A stretch of 64,000 bases of DNA, from the UHGV virus genome UHGV-1351569; one strand, written 5' to 3'. This document shows positions 44,674 to 55,091 of this stretch, piece by piece. The notes beneath the pieces were generated by a model that saw only the letters and a list, made by a program, of their open reading frames with translations, was not told the origin of the DNA and made no database searches. How positions within the stretch are numbered: position 1 is the stretch's first letter; each line of letters starts with the position of its first letter. Position numbers and translations under genes: made by a program. Origin of the DNA: a virus.

Positions 44674-45356
44674 TGTTTGATTTTATTATAGATTTTGAAA
44701 CAATGGGAAACGGTGAAAAGGCAGCTGTTATTGATTTGGCTGTTATTGCCTTTGACCCTAATCCAGAAGTAGTTGAAACATTTGATGAATTAGTTTCACG
44801 CGGCATTAAAATCAAGTTTGATTTAAAAAGCCAAAAAGGACATCGTCTTTTTACTAAAAGCACTATCGAATGGTGGAAAAATCAGTCTCCTGAAGCTCGA
44901 AAAAATATTGCACCATCAGATGAAGATGTAAGCACTATCGATGGTATTGCAAAATTTAATGATTACATCAATGCACATAACATTGATCCTTGGAAATCTC
45001 AAGGCTGGTGTCGTGGAATGTCGTTTGATTTTCCAATTTTAGTCGATCTCATTCGCGATATTCAACGTCTTAATGGCGTTTCTGAGAATGAGCTTGACAC
45101 ATTTAAGTTAGAACCATGTAAATTCTGGAATCAGCGTGATATTCGTACCAGAATTGAAGCACTTTTGCTTGTTCGTGATATGACCACATGTCCTCTTCCA
45201 AAGGGAACTTTAGATGGATTCGTTGCACATGATTCTATTCATGACTGTGCGAAAGACATTCTGATGATGAAGTATGCTTTGCGATATGCTATGGGTCTTG
45301 AAGATGCTCCATCAGAGGAAGAGTGCGATCCTCTGTCTCTTCCAACAAAACGATAA
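44673..45356 (+). CDS. dexA: Exonuclease A (DnaQ-like 3'-5' exonuclease) DexA, 227 aa
   Basis: DEDD-type motif FDFIIDFETMG; length and position as T4 DexA. Confidence 0.9.
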   Translation: MFDFIIDFETMGNGEKAAVIDLAVIAFDPNPEVVETFDELVSRGIKIKFDLKSQKGHRLFTKSTIEWWKNQSPEARKNIAPSDEDVSTIDGIAKFNDYINAHNIDPWKSQGWCRGMSFDFPILVDLIRDIQRLNGVSENELDTFKLEPCKFWNQRDIRTRIEALLLVRDMTTCPLPKGTLDGFVAHDSIHDCAKDILMMKYALRYAMGLEDAPSEEECDPLSLPTKR

Positions 45357-45362
45357 AAAGTT

Positions 45363-45392
45363 GTTTACTTCCTCGGTTAGTTGTGGTATTAT
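45363..45392 (+). promoter_or_regulatory. T4-type early promoter (GTTTAC ... TGGTATTAT)
   Basis: Consensus elements right after the dexA stop. Confidence 0.55.
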
Positions 45393-45419
45393 AATACCAT
45401 AGCTACTGAGGATAATAAA

Positions 45420-45917
45420 ATGAAAATTTATCGTGTTGAATCATCGTTTAGTATTCTTGATTATGAAGATGCTATAACAATACGTCGAAATCTTTGTGTT
45501 CAAATAACACCGTACAGGAGTATAATAGATTCATGGAGCGAAGAGTGGCTATTACACGTAGGTTATGACAGACCTAATTTTATGCATCATAACGATAATA
45601 AAAGAATTCCTTTACCACACGAAGATAAACTATTAGTTAAAAACGCTAATATAGTAATTAATACTAAGTTCAAGAAAGATTATGTTGGAGTAGAATATCA
45701 TATTCCAGGATGGTTTATAGCTCTTTATCATTTTGCTTTCGCTAGTGAATATGATATGATGAGATGGTTCACACGAGAAGAGCGGGAAGAATTATCTTCT
45801 AAAGGATTTTATCTCGCTGTATACGAAGTTCCTGAAGATGAAGTTATCATTGGCGGGCACCAAGTAATGTTCCGCAAATCGCATGCTGAACTCATAGATT
45901 TTATTGAAATGAGATAA
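45420..45917 (+). CDS. Hypothetical protein (about 165 aa)
   Basis: ORF track 45381..45917; ATG 45420 behind GAGGATAATAAA. Confidence 0.55.
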   Translation: MKIYRVESSFSILDYEDAITIRRNLCVQITPYRSIIDSWSEEWLLHVGYDRPNFMHHNDNKRIPLPHEDKLLVKNANIVINTKFKKDYVGVEYHIPGWFIALYHFAFASEYDMMRWFTREEREELSSKGFYLAVYEVPEDEVIIGGHQVMFRKSHAELIDFIEMR

Positions 45918-45919
45918 TT

Positions 45920-46459
45920 ATGAAATTTAATTATAATCCTGAATACACACCAAATCCGGTAGCTAAACTGATTGATTTTGATGTTGTAAGCACTTATGTA
46001 TGCCCTGTTAAACCACTGGAAATTAAGGAACCTACTATGACTACCGCTATTGAAATCGGCAAAATCTACAAACTGGCTGAAACTGAAATTAAAACTACTG
46101 AACTAAATTTGGGTTATAAAGCATTGACTAATGTTTTTGGTGAAGGCGAGTTTGTGGTTAAAAGCTTTTCAAAAAGTAACTGGCATGATAAGAATAAAGC
46201 TTACGTGATTCGAGTGCACCGTTTAGATAATGATGAAGTAATTAAAACTATAGTTTTTGAAGCAGAGTTCATCCTCTTTCAAGAATGCGATCCTACTGAC
46301 CTTCTAACTCGTGCGGTAGCTATCAAGACTCCATTTATTTCGGTCTGTGGTTGGGTAACAGACCAATGGATTGAAGATGGTGTTGAACTTCTGAACGTTG
46401 TTCATGCAGGTGATTTTAGTGTAGTACCTCGTAGTGCGGTGGTAGCTATTTTAAATTAA
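45920..46459 (+). CDS. Hypothetical protein, 179 aa; paralog of the next gene
   Basis: Shares C-terminal block CGW(V)TDQW(I)EDGVEL(L)NVV with 46536..47024. Confidence 0.6.
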   Translation: MKFNYNPEYTPNPVAKLIDFDVVSTYVCPVKPLEIKEPTMTTAIEIGKIYKLAETEIKTTELNLGYKALTNVFGEGEFVVKSFSKSNWHDKNKAYVIRVHRLDNDEVIKTIVFEAEFILFQECDPTDLLTRAVAIKTPFISVCGWVTDQWIEDGVELLNVVHAGDFSVVPRSAVVAILN

Positions 46460-46462
46460 TAG

Positions 46463-46497
46463 TTTACAAACTCTTGGGACCAGAGTATAATGGTCCC
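46463..46497 (+). promoter_or_regulatory. T4-type early promoter (GTTTAC ... TATAAT) with the -10 embedded in an inverted repeat GGGACC/GGTCCC
   Basis: GTTTACA, 17-bp spacer, TATAAT; 6-bp inverted repeat flanks the -10. Confidence 0.5.
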
Positions 46498-46535
46498 GTG
46501 GAGTATAAAATCTTTTTAACAAGTGAGAGATAACT

Positions 46536-47024
46536 ATGATTATTAATATTGGTGAAATTGCTCGTGTATCTGATAAATCCCGTTCTAAAGCAGCAGGAAA
46601 ATTGGTTGAAATTGTAAGCATTCAGCTTAAACACGGTGTTAAAGATGAAGATTCTGAAGTAAAAGTGCGTATCATTCCTAAAGATGGAAAGTCTAAACCT
46701 CAGTTTGGCTATGTTCGTGCGAAATTTCTTGAGTCTGCGTTTTTGAAAGCTGTTCCTGCTAAAGGAATTAAAACGATTGATACTTCGCATGTAGGTGTAG
46801 ACTTTAAGTGGAAACTCGGTCAATCTATTAAGTTCATTGCTCCTTGTGAATTTAAATTCATCCCAGATGATGGAAAGGCTGTTTATACTCGTGCTATGTG
46901 TGGATACATTACCGATCAATGGGTAGAAGACGGTGTTAAGTTGTACAACGTGGTATTTTTAGGAACATACAAAGTCATTCCTGAAAGTTGGATTAAACAC
47001 TATAGAAATGCGCTCTATGCATAA
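46536..47024 (+). CDS. Hypothetical protein, 162 aa (by length/position possibly MotB-like)
   Basis: ORF track; paralogous C-terminal block CGYITDQWVEDGVKLYNVV. Confidence 0.6.
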   Translation: MIINIGEIARVSDKSRSKAAGKLVEIVSIQLKHGVKDEDSEVKVRIIPKDGKSKPQFGYVRAKFLESAFLKAVPAKGIKTIDTSHVGVDFKWKLGQSIKFIAPCEFKFIPDDGKAVYTRAMCGYITDQWVEDGVKLYNVVFLGTYKVIPESWIKHYRNALYA

Positions 47025-47048
47025 AATTTAAAATTTTTTCATAAAACT

Positions 47049-47078
47049 ATATACATCAGTAGTTGATTATGGTACTAT
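47049..47078 (+). promoter_or_regulatory. Early promoter, cassette copy G (degenerate -35, TGGTACTAT)
   Basis: Same -10/leader module as copies A and F. Confidence 0.45.
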
Positions 47079-47121
47079 ATCAATATCAACTACTGATACA
47101 GAAAACAACTTGGAGAATAAA

Positions 47122-47391
47122 ATGGAAAACTTAATTATCATCGAACAATCTTTCAACGATTATGGTATGGCTTACGGTTATCGTGCGATAATGGAAGATT
47201 CTCGTGGATGTGTTATCGATATTGCTGAATGTAAAGATTTACTGCAGCTTTTGAAGATTGTTCGCAAAAATTGGGATTGTGAAAACATTAAAGTTCGTGT
47301 TGTAACGGAAGAAGAAACTATTTTTCATGATGTAAAATTTGCCAAAGGTGCTGCTACTCTTCTGAAACGCATCGCTCCACTGTTCAATTAA
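47122..47391 (+). CDS. Hypothetical protein (about 89 aa)
   Basis: ORF track 47110..47391; ATG 47122 behind the shared TGGAGAATAAA leader. Confidence 0.55.
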   Translation: MENLIIIEQSFNDYGMAYGYRAIMEDSRGCVIDIAECKDLLQLLKIVRKNWDCENIKVRVVTEEETIFHDVKFAKGAATLLKRIAPLFN

Positions 47392-47404
47392 TGAGGAAAT
47401 TGTA

Positions 47405-47620
47405 ATGAAACGTAAAATTGTTCAGAATTGCACTAATGACGAATTTGAAGATGTATTATTCGATCCAGATTTGGTAGTAGTTCAAAAGGAACACACTGCT
47501 AAGTTTACTCACTTGACTTCGGTTTATGTGTATGAAAAGGTTGGTGATAAACAACCAATTTACGGTGTATTCCGTGAAATCACCGAAGACGGTACAACTT
47601 ACTGGAAGGAAATTTATTAA
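47405..47620 (+). CDS. Hypothetical protein, 71 aa
   Basis: ORF track; TGAGGAAATTGTA RBS. Confidence 0.5.
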   Translation: MKRKIVQNCTNDEFEDVLFDPDLVVVQKEHTAKFTHLTSVYVYEKVGDKQPIYGVFREITEDGTTYWKEIY

Positions 47621-48039
47621 TGGCTATTAAATTTGAAGTTAATAAATGGTATCAATTTAAAAATAAACAAGCTCAAGAAAATTTTATTAAAGACCATACT
47701 GATAACGGAATCTATGCGCGGCGTTTAGGTATGGAACCTTTTAAAATTTTAGATGTTGACTATTACGGGCGTCCTACTAAAATTGTGACATCTACTGGCA
47801 TAGTTGGATATTCATCACGAGGTACAGTCATTGACGAAAACTTTATCTGGCTTTGTACTAACGAAGCTGGGTTCTTTGATGAAGTGGAAAATCCATACCA
47901 AGCAGCTGAAGAGCAAGAGCAGGAAGAGCAAGAACAAATAGAAGATTTCACAGAATTTCCTGCCATGAAAGTTACTATTGAAAATAATGAACAGGCATGG
48001 TCCTTGTATCAGATGTTGAAAGCACACTTTAAGGAATAA
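47620..48039 (+). CDS. Hypothetical protein, 139 aa, with acidic [10 protein letters not shown] stretch
   Basis: ORF track; ATG overlaps the upstream TAA. Confidence 0.55.
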   Translation: MAIKFEVNKWYQFKNKQAQENFIKDHTDNGIYARRLGMEPFKILDVDYYGRPTKIVTSTGIVGYSSRGTVIDENFIWLCTNEAGFFDEVENPYQAAEEQEQEEQEQIEDFTEFPAMKVTIENNEQAWSLYQMLKAHFKE

Positions 48040-48041
48040 TT

Positions 48042-48218
48042 ATGCCAATGTATGATTATAAATGCCAATCCGAAGATTGCGGGCATGAATATGAAAAAAT
48101 TAAAAAGATTTCTGAACGAGAAAATGATGTTTGCCCTAAATGTCATCGTCTGTCTATTCGTCGGCCTTCTGCTCCTAAGCATGTGAATGGTGGATTTTAC
48201 GACTTACTTAAAGGGTAA
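48042..48218 (+). CDS. Small zinc-ribbon protein, 58 aa (CxxC...CxxC)
   Basis: MPMYDYKCQSEDCGH...CPKCHRLS; AAGGA RBS; below the ORF-track cutoff. Confidence 0.45.
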   Translation: MPMYDYKCQSEDCGHEYEKIKKISERENDVCPKCHRLSIRRPSAPKHVNGGFYDLLKG

Positions 48219-48220
48219 TT

Positions 48221-48505
48221 ATGTTTAAAATCGGTAAGAAATATCGCATTCGCGAAGGTGAAGAAAAGAAATATCTATCTTCTGCTATTTATAGGAATGG
48301 TTCTATTAATGCCGTAATATCTACAAGCGAATTTATCGTTGAAGATATGAAAGGTCATAACGTTACAATGATTAGTACAGCAACTAGCAGAAATGCTGGA
48401 AAAATTCTTCACAGTCTTCGGAGTGAAGTTTTAATTTATGATGAAGAATTTGACTTCTTCGAAGAAGTTCCCGAAGATTTTGATTTGAATGTACTATCAC
48501 TATGA
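48221..48505 (+). CDS. Hypothetical protein, 94 aa
   Basis: ORF track. Confidence 0.5.
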   Translation: MFKIGKKYRIREGEEKKYLSSAIYRNGSINAVISTSEFIVEDMKGHNVTMISTATSRNAGKILHSLRSEVLIYDEEFDFFEEVPEDFDLNVLSL

Positions 48506-48598
48506 AATCTGGTGACCCTCTTTCTTTTACAGTTAAAGATGAAAGAAGTCGTTTAAGAATTATTAGTCTCCTTCAAGCCATTAAATTTGAGTGAAATT

Positions 48599-48859
48599 AT
48601 GAAATATGTTAATCGTTCTATCGCGGCATTAGTATTAGCAGTGTCTTTAGCAGGATGTACTGATGCTGATAATGCAACCAAAGTTTTGTCTTCAAGTGGT
48701 TTTACTAATATTGAAATCACTGGATATAATTGGTTCGGTTGCTCTGAAAATGATTTCCAGCATACTGGATTTCGTGCTATTGGACCTACCGGACAGAAAG
48801 TAGAAGGAACAGTATGTTCTGGTCTATTCTTCAAGGATTCGACTATCCGTTTTAAATAA
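48599..48859 (+). CDS. Putative lipoprotein (about 86 aa), signal MKYVNRSIAALVLAVSLAGC
   Basis: ORF track 48587..48859; lipobox LAGC. Confidence 0.55.
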   Translation: MKYVNRSIAALVLAVSLAGCTDADNATKVLSSSGFTNIEITGYNWFGCSENDFQHTGFRAIGPTGQKVEGTVCSGLFFKDSTIRFK

Positions 48860-48876
48860 AAGGCCTTCGGGCCTTT
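48860..48876 (+). terminator. Hairpin AGGCC-TTCG-GGCCT
   Basis: Directly after the lipoprotein stop. Confidence 0.55.
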
Positions 48877-48928
48877 AGCTTTATGATTACCGGAGTATAA
48901 TATTCCCGAAACCAAACGAGGATAAGTG

Positions 48929-50746
48929 ATGATTAAGAATGAAATTAAAATTCTGAGCGATATTGAACATATCAAAAAGCGTAGCGGCATGTACATTGGT
49001 TCTTCTGCTAATGAAATGCATGAGCGCTTTCTGTTTGGTAAATGGGAAAGTGTTCAGTATGTACCTGGTCTTGTTAAGCTTATTGATGAAATTATCGATA
49101 ACTCAGTAGATGAAGGTATTCGTACTAAGTTTAAATTCGCGAATAAAATTAATGTTACTATTAAAAACAATCAAGTAACAGTTGAAGATAACGGTCGTGG
49201 TATTCCACAAGCGATGGTTAAAACACCTACTGGTGAAGAAATTCCTGGTCCTGTTGCCGCCTGGACTATTCCAAAAGCAGGTGGTAACTTTGGTGATGAT
49301 AAAGAACGCGTCACTGGCGGTATGAACGGTGTTGGTTCTAGTTTAACTAACATTTTTTCTGTGATGTTTGTCGGTGAAACTGGTGATGGTCAAAATAATA
49401 TTGTAGTTCGTTGTTCAAATGGCATGGAAAATAAATCGTGGGAAGATATTCCTGGAAAATGGAAAGGAACTCGCGTTACTTTCATTCCTGATTTTATGTC
49501 ATTTGAAACTAATGAGCTATCTCAGGTTTATCTTGACATTACACTAGATCGTCTCCAGACACTTGCAGTAGTTTATCCTGATATTCAATTTACCTTTAAT
49601 GGTAAAAAGGTTCAGGGTAATTTTAAGAAATATGCACGTCAATATGATGAGCATGCTATCGTTCAAGAACAAGAAAACTGTTCTATTGCGGTCGGTCGTT
49701 CACCTGATGGTTTTCGTCAATTAACGTACGTCAATAACATTCATACTAAGAATGGTGGCCATCATATTGACTGTGTTATGGATGATATTTGTGAAGACCT
49801 TATTCCACAAATCAAACGCAAGTTCAAAATTGATGTAACTAAAGCACGTGTTAAAGAATGTTTGACTATCGTTATGTTTGTTCGTGATATGAAAAACATG
49901 CGATTTGATTCTCAAACTAAAGAGCGTTTGACTTCTCCATTTGGTGAAATTCGCAGTCATATTCAGCTTGATGCTAAAAAGATTTCACGTGCTATTCTAA
50001 ATAATGAAGCAATTTTAATGCCAATTATTGAAGCTGCCTTGGCTCGTAAATTGGCGGCAGAAAAAGCAGCAGAAACTAAAGCAGCTAAAAAGGCTTCTAA
50101 AGCTAAGGTTCATAAACATATTAAAGCGAATCTTTGTGGTAAAGATGCTGACACTACTCTTTTCTTGACTGAGGGTGATTCTGCTATCGGATATCTTATT
50201 GATGTTCGTGATAAAGAACTTCATGGTGGTTATCCATTACGTGGTAAAGTTCTCAACAGTTGGGGTATGTCATATGCTGATATGCTTAAAAACAAAGAAC
50301 TGTTTGATATTTGCGCAATCACTGGATTAGTTCTTGGTGAAAAAGCCGAAAACTTGAATTATCATAATATCGCAATTATGACCGATGCTGACCACGATGG
50401 TCTAGGAAGCATTTATCCTTCTCTGCTCGGATTTTTTAGTAATTGGCCAGAATTGTTTGAACAAGGAAGAATTCGCTTTGTCAAAACTCCTGTAATCATC
50501 GCTCAGGTCGGTAAAAAACAAGAATGGTTTTATACAGTCGCTGAATATGAGAGTGCCAAAGATGCTCTACCTAAACATAGCATCCGTTATATTAAAGGAC
50601 TTGGCTCTTTGGAAAAATCTGAATATCGTGAGATGATTCAAAACCCAGTATATGATGTTGTTAAACTTCCTGAGAACTGGAAAGAGCTTTTTGAAATGCT
50701 CATGGGAGATAATGCTGACCTTCGTAAAGAATGGATGAGCCAGTAG
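48929..50746 (+). CDS. 39: DNA topoisomerase II large subunit (GyrB-like ATPase plus TOPRIM), unsplit, about 605 aa
   Basis: MIKNEIKILSDIEHIKKRSGMYIGS... matches recalled T4 gp39 N-terminus; a single continuous frame includes the C-terminal part that T4 encodes separately as gene 60. Confidence 0.9.
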   Translation: MIKNEIKILSDIEHIKKRSGMYIGSSANEMHERFLFGKWESVQYVPGLVKLIDEIIDNSVDEGIRTKFKFANKINVTIKNNQVTVEDNGRGIPQAMVKTPTGEEIPGPVAAWTIPKAGGNFGDDKERVTGGMNGVGSSLTNIFSVMFVGETGDGQNNIVVRCSNGMENKSWEDIPGKWKGTRVTFIPDFMSFETNELSQVYLDITLDRLQTLAVVYPDIQFTFNGKKVQGNFKKYARQYDEHAIVQEQENCSIAVGRSPDGFRQLTYVNNIHTKNGGHHIDCVMDDICEDLIPQIKRKFKIDVTKARVKECLTIVMFVRDMKNMRFDSQTKERLTSPFGEIRSHIQLDAKKISRAILNNEAILMPIIEAALARKLAAEKAAETKAAKKASKAKVHKHIKANLCGKDADTTLFLTEGDSAIGYLIDVRDKELHGGYPLRGKVLNSWGMSYADMLKNKELFDICAITGLVLGEKAENLNYHNIAIMTDADHDGLGSIYPSLLGFFSNWPELFEQGRIRFVKTPVIIAQVGKKQEWFYTVAEYESAKDALPKHSIRYIKGLGSLEKSEYREMIQNPVYDVVKLPENWKELFEMLMGDNADLRKEWMSQ

Positions 50747-50775
50747 TTTACTTTACCACAAGGATGTGGTATAAT
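50746..50775 (+). promoter_or_regulatory. T4-type early promoter (GTTTAC ... TGGTATAAT)
   Basis: Near-identical to the promoter at 5605. Confidence 0.6.
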
Positions 50776-50800
50776 TAATTGGGCAAATGAGGATATTGAA

Positions 50801-51004
50801 ATGAAATCATATAAAGTAAATTTAGAACTTTTTGATAAAGCAGTTCATCGAGAATATAGAATCATTCAACGCTTTTTCGATATGGGAGAAGCCGAAGAGT
50901 TTAAAAACCGCTTTAAGGATATTAGAGATAAAATTCAATCCGACACTGCAACTAAAGATGAACTACTAGAAGTTGCTGAAGTTATTAAACGCAATATGAA
51001 TTAA
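50801..51004 (+). CDS. Hypothetical protein, 67 aa
   Basis: ORF track; GAGGA RBS. Confidence 0.55.
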   Translation: MKSYKVNLELFDKAVHREYRIIQRFFDMGEAEEFKNRFKDIRDKIQSDTATKDELLEVAEVIKRNMN

Positions 51005-51014
51005 TGAGGAAATT

Positions 51015-53192
51015 ATGATTATCACCACTGAAAAAGAAACAATTCTTGGTAATGGTTCTAAATCAAAAGCATTTAGCATCACAGCATCTCCTAAAGTATT
51101 TAAAATTCTGTCATCTGATTTGTATACAAACAAGATTCGCGCAGTAGTCCGCGAATTGATTACCAACATGATTGATGCCCATGCTCTCAATGGAAATCCT
51201 GAAAAATTTATCATTCAAGTTCCAGGACGATTAGATCCGCGATTTGTTTGCCGAGATTTTGGTCCGGGTATGAGCGATTTTGATATTCAAGGTGATGATA
51301 ATTCTCCTGGGTTGTATAATTCATACTTTAGTTCATCTAAAGCCGAATCTAACGATTTCATTGGTGGATTTGGTTTAGGTTCTAAATCTCCGTTTAGTTA
51401 TACTGATACGTTTAGTATTACTTCGTACCATAAAGGTGAAATTCGTGGTTATGTAGCTTACATGGATGGTGATGGTCCACAGATTAAACCTACATTCGTA
51501 AAAGAAATGGGTCCAGACGATAAAACTGGTATTGAAATCGTAGTTCCAGTTGAAGAAAAAGACTTTAGAAACTTTGCTTATGAAGTTTCTTATATCATGC
51601 GACCATTCAAAGATTTGGCTATCATTAATGGTCTTGACCGTGAAATTGATTATTTTCCGGATTTTGATGACTATTACGGTGTAAATCCAGAAAGATACTG
51701 GCCAGATCGTGGTGGATTGTATGCTATCTATGGCGGTATTGTTTATCCTATTGATGGTGTTATTAGAGACCGTAACTGGTTAAGCATCCGCAATGAAGTG
51801 AATTATATTAAGTTTCCAATGGGTTCACTTGATATTGCTCCATCGCGTGAGGCTCTTTCACTGGACGATCGTACTCGTAAAAATATTATTGAGCGCGTTA
51901 AAGAGCTTAGTGAGCGGGCATTCAATGAAGATGTAAAACGATTTAAAGAATCTACATCTCCTCGTCATACATATCGTGAATTGATGAAAATGGGATATTC
52001 TGCTCGAGATTATATGATTAGCAATTCAGTCAAATTCACGACTAAAAATCTGTCATATAAAAAGATGCAGAGCATGTTTGAACCTGACAGTAAGTTATGC
52101 AATGCAGGGGTTGTGTATGAAGTAAATCTTGACCCTCGACTGAAACGCATTAAACAAAGTCATGAAACTTCAGCCGTTGCGTCAAGCTATCGTCTGTTTG
52201 GTATTAATACGACAAAAATTAATATTGTTATTGATAATACTAAAAATCGTGTTAATATTGTCCGTGGATTAGCACGTGCATTAGATGATAGTGAATTTAA
52301 TAACACCTTAAATATTCATCACAATGAGCGGCTTCTGTTTATTAATCCAGAAGTAGAATCGCAGATTGATTTGCTTCCTGATATTATGGCAATGTTTGAA
52401 AGTGATGAAGTTAACATTCATTATTTGTCAGAAATTGAAGCTTTAGTTAAAAGTTATATTCCAAAGGCAGTAAAAAGTACAGCTCCTCGTCCTAAAGCTG
52501 CTACTGCATTTAAGTTTGAAATTAAAGACGGGCGCTGGGAAAAAGAGGAATTGTTTACACTTACGTCAGAAGCAGATGAAATTACTGGTTATGTAGCATA
52601 CATGCATCGTTCTGATATTTTCTCTATGGATGGTACTACATCGCTTTGTCATCCATCTATGAATATTTTGATTCGTATGGCTAATCTTATTGGCATTAAT
52701 GAATTTTATGTTATTCGTCCGCTTTTACAGAAAAAGGTAAAAGAACTTGGTCAGTGCCAATGTATTTTTGAAACTTTGCGTGATTTATATGTAGATGCTT
52801 TTGATGATGTAGATTATGATAAGTATGTAGGTTATTCAAGTTCAGCTAAACGATATATTGATAAAATTATCAAGTATCCTGAGTTAGATTTTATGATGAA
52901 GTACTTCAGTGTAGATGAAGTTTCTGAAGAATATACACGACTCGCTAATATGGTTAGTTCATTACAGGGTGTATATTTCAACGGTGGAAAAGATACCATC
53001 GGTCATGACATCTGGACAGTAACTAATCTTTTTGATGTATTATCAAATAATGCTTCAAAAAATAGTGATAAAATGGTTGCTGAGTTTACCAAGAAATTCC
53101 GTATTGTTTCCGACTTCATCGGTTATCGCAGCTCTTTAAGTGATGATGAAGTTTCTCAAATCGCTAAAACTATGAAGGCCCTTGCGGCCTAA
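51015..53192 (+). CDS. rIIA: rIIA protein, 725 aa
   Basis: Exact T4 rIIA length; N-terminal ATPase-like region; followed by rIIB. Confidence 0.9.
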   Translation: MIITTEKETILGNGSKSKAFSITASPKVFKILSSDLYTNKIRAVVRELITNMIDAHALNGNPEKFIIQVPGRLDPRFVCRDFGPGMSDFDIQGDDNSPGLYNSYFSSSKAESNDFIGGFGLGSKSPFSYTDTFSITSYHKGEIRGYVAYMDGDGPQIKPTFVKEMGPDDKTGIEIVVPVEEKDFRNFAYEVSYIMRPFKDLAIINGLDREIDYFPDFDDYYGVNPERYWPDRGGLYAIYGGIVYPIDGVIRDRNWLSIRNEVNYIKFPMGSLDIAPSREALSLDDRTRKNIIERVKELSERAFNEDVKRFKESTSPRHTYRELMKMGYSARDYMISNSVKFTTKNLSYKKMQSMFEPDSKLCNAGVVYEVNLDPRLKRIKQSHETSAVASSYRLFGINTTKINIVIDNTKNRVNIVRGLARALDDSEFNNTLNIHHNERLLFINPEVESQIDLLPDIMAMFESDEVNIHYLSEIEALVKSYIPKAVKSTAPRPKAATAFKFEIKDGRWEKEELFTLTSEADEITGYVAYMHRSDIFSMDGTTSLCHPSMNILIRMANLIGINEFYVIRPLLQKKVKELGQCQCIFETLRDLYVDAFDDVDYDKYVGYSSSAKRYIDKIIKYPELDFMMKYFSVDEVSEEYTRLANMVSSLQGVYFNGGKDTIGHDIWTVTNLFDVLSNNASKNSDKMVAEFTKKFRIVSDFIGYRSSLSDDEVSQIAKTMKALAA

Positions 53193-53203
53193 TAAGGAAA
53201 ATT

Positions 53204-54142
53204 ATGTACAATATTAAATGCCTGACCAAAAACGAACAAGCTGAAATTGTCAAACTGTATTCAAGTGGTAATTATACCCAGCAGGAATTGGCTGATTGGC
53301 AAGGTGTATCGGTGGACACAATCCGTCGTGTTTTGAAAAATGCTGAAGAAGCTGAGCGTTCCAAAGTTACCATTAGCGGTGACATTACAGTTGAAGTTAA
53401 GAGTGATGTAGCCATTGCTCCAGTTGCTAAATCTGACATTATTTGGAATGCATCTAAAAAATTCATTTCAATTACTGTTGATGGCGTAACTTATAACGCA
53501 ACTCCTAATACTCATTCAAACTTCCAGGAAATTCTTAATCTGCTTGTTGCAGATAAATTGGAAGAAGCAGCGCAAAAAATTAATGTTCGCCGCGCTGTTG
53601 AAAAATATATTTCTGGTGATGTTCGAATTGAAGGTGGAAGCTTGTTCTATCAAAACATTGAATTACGGTCTGGTTTAGTTGATCGTATTCTCGATTCGAT
53701 GGAAAAAGGCGAAAACTTTGAATTTTATTTTCCGTTCTTGGAAAATCTGTTGGAAAACCCGAGCCAAAAAGCGGTATCTCGACTCTTTGATTTCTTGGTA
53801 GCAAACGATATTGAAATTACAGAAGACGGTTACTTCTATGCTTGGAAAGTAGTTCGCAGTAATTACTTTGACTGCCATTCAAATACTTTTGATAACAGTC
53901 CTGGTAAAGTAGTTAAAATGCCACGTACTCGTGTGAATGACGATGATACACAAACTTGTTCTCGTGGTCTGCATGTGTGTTCTAAATCTTATATTCGTCA
54001 CTTTGGCAGTTCAACCAGTCGAGTTGTAAAAGTTAAAGTACATCCTCGCGATGTAGTATCAATTCCGATTGATTACAACGATGCTAAAATGCGTACTTGC
54101 CAATACGAAGTAGTTGAAGACGTTACTGAACAATTTAAATAA
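53204..54142 (+). CDS. rIIB: rIIB protein, 312 aa
   Basis: Exact T4 rIIB length; adjacent to rIIA. Confidence 0.85.
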   Translation: MYNIKCLTKNEQAEIVKLYSSGNYTQQELADWQGVSVDTIRRVLKNAEEAERSKVTISGDITVEVKSDVAIAPVAKSDIIWNASKKFISITVDGVTYNATPNTHSNFQEILNLLVADKLEEAAQKINVRRAVEKYISGDVRIEGGSLFYQNIELRSGLVDRILDSMEKGENFEFYFPFLENLLENPSQKAVSRLFDFLVANDIEITEDGYFYAWKVVRSNYFDCHSNTFDNSPGKVVKMPRTRVNDDDTQTCSRGLHVCSKSYIRHFGSSTSRVVKVKVHPRDVVSIPIDYNDAKMRTCQYEVVEDVTEQFK

Positions 54143-54157
54143 GGGCTTCGGCCCTTA
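54142..54157 (+). terminator. Hairpin AGGGC-TTCG-GCCCT
   Basis: Directly after rIIB. Confidence 0.55.
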
Positions 54158-54170
54158 ACTAAGGAAAATT

Positions 54171-54365
54171 ATGTTAGGTTATCAAGCACGAGTAAAAGAA
54201 GAATACGATCAATTAATGCTCAAAATTAATGCACTGAGCAAATTTTTAGAAAGCACAAAGTTTCTAACGATTAATGAAGTTGAGCAAGAATTGCTGCTTT
54301 CACAATTCATCTCAATGAAATCTTACGCAGATTGTTTAGAAAAAAGAATTGCACAATTCAAATAA
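54171..54365 (+). CDS. Hypothetical protein, 64 aa
   Basis: ORF track; AAGGA RBS. Confidence 0.5.
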   Translation: MLGYQARVKEEYDQLMLKINALSKFLESTKFLTINEVEQELLLSQFISMKSYADCLEKRIAQFK

Positions 54366-54369
54366 AATA

Positions 54370-54388
54370 AGGGGCTTCGGCCCTTTTG
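54370..54388 (+). terminator. Hairpin GGGGC-TTCG-GCCC plus T4
   Basis: GC stem, UUCG loop. Confidence 0.55.
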
Positions 54389-54452
54389 TTTTAAGGAAAA
54401 ATTATGATTTATTGTATGAATATCAGTGATTCCGACGTAAAAGGAAAGTTTA

Positions 54453-55010
54453 ATGCAGAAAACGAATCCGGGTTTACAGAGACTATTTCAGATTCCGACA
54501 TTTACCCTATCGAACAGTGACTTGACTAGTGAAATGAAGGTCAAAATTGCTGATACAGCAAGATACTCTTTAAAACAAAACCCGAACCAGGATAAAGCAG
54601 AAGTTATTGAAAGATGTCGTATCGCGGTGTACGCAGAGTTTTTTGTAGCAGATTGGCTAAGCGGGTATGTTAACAAAGGCCAAGAGGATGTTAATGACCC
54701 GTATACATACGCATGGGATGTATTGGCGCATCCAAGATATTGCGGGCTTCGTGTAGAAGTTAAGACACACCAAACTGACTCACGTTGGATTTCGGTAACA
54801 ACCGGATGCAGCGGAGAGTATCCATACGGTTCTGGAATAAATCTAGGGCCCATTCTGAATCACCAAGTCGCTGACTGTATAATTATATTCAACACTAAAG
54901 AAATTCATCCAGGTGTCATCCAGTACACTCCGAAGTTCATCGGTGATAGAGAAGACCTTCGTAAAGTTGTAAGAAAAAGCAACTACAACGGATGGTATCT
55001 TTCCATTTAA
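54453..55010 (+). CDS. denB: Endonuclease IV DenB-position protein, 185 aa
   Basis: Length and position (between rIIB and ndd) as T4 denB; name by synteny. Confidence 0.65.
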   Translation: MQKTNPGLQRLFQIPTFTLSNSDLTSEMKVKIADTARYSLKQNPNQDKAEVIERCRIAVYAEFFVADWLSGYVNKGQEDVNDPYTYAWDVLAHPRYCGLRVEVKTHQTDSRWISVTTGCSGEYPYGSGINLGPILNHQVADCIIIFNTKEIHPGVIQYTPKFIGDREDLRKVVRKSNYNGWYLSI

Positions 55011-55027
55011 AAAAATTTCACAAAACA

Positions 55028-55057
55028 GTTTACATACCACAAGGACTGTGGTACTAT
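55028..55057 (+). promoter_or_regulatory. T4-type early promoter, cassette copy F
   Basis: GTTTACA ... TGGTACTAT with the same leader as copy A. Confidence 0.6.
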
Positions 55058-55091
55058 ATAACTATCAACTGATACGGATTTGGAGAATAAA

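Noticed and set aside
54488-55040. - strand ORFs of 121 and 65 aa
   Set aside because: Antisense within the denB-position gene; no start signals.
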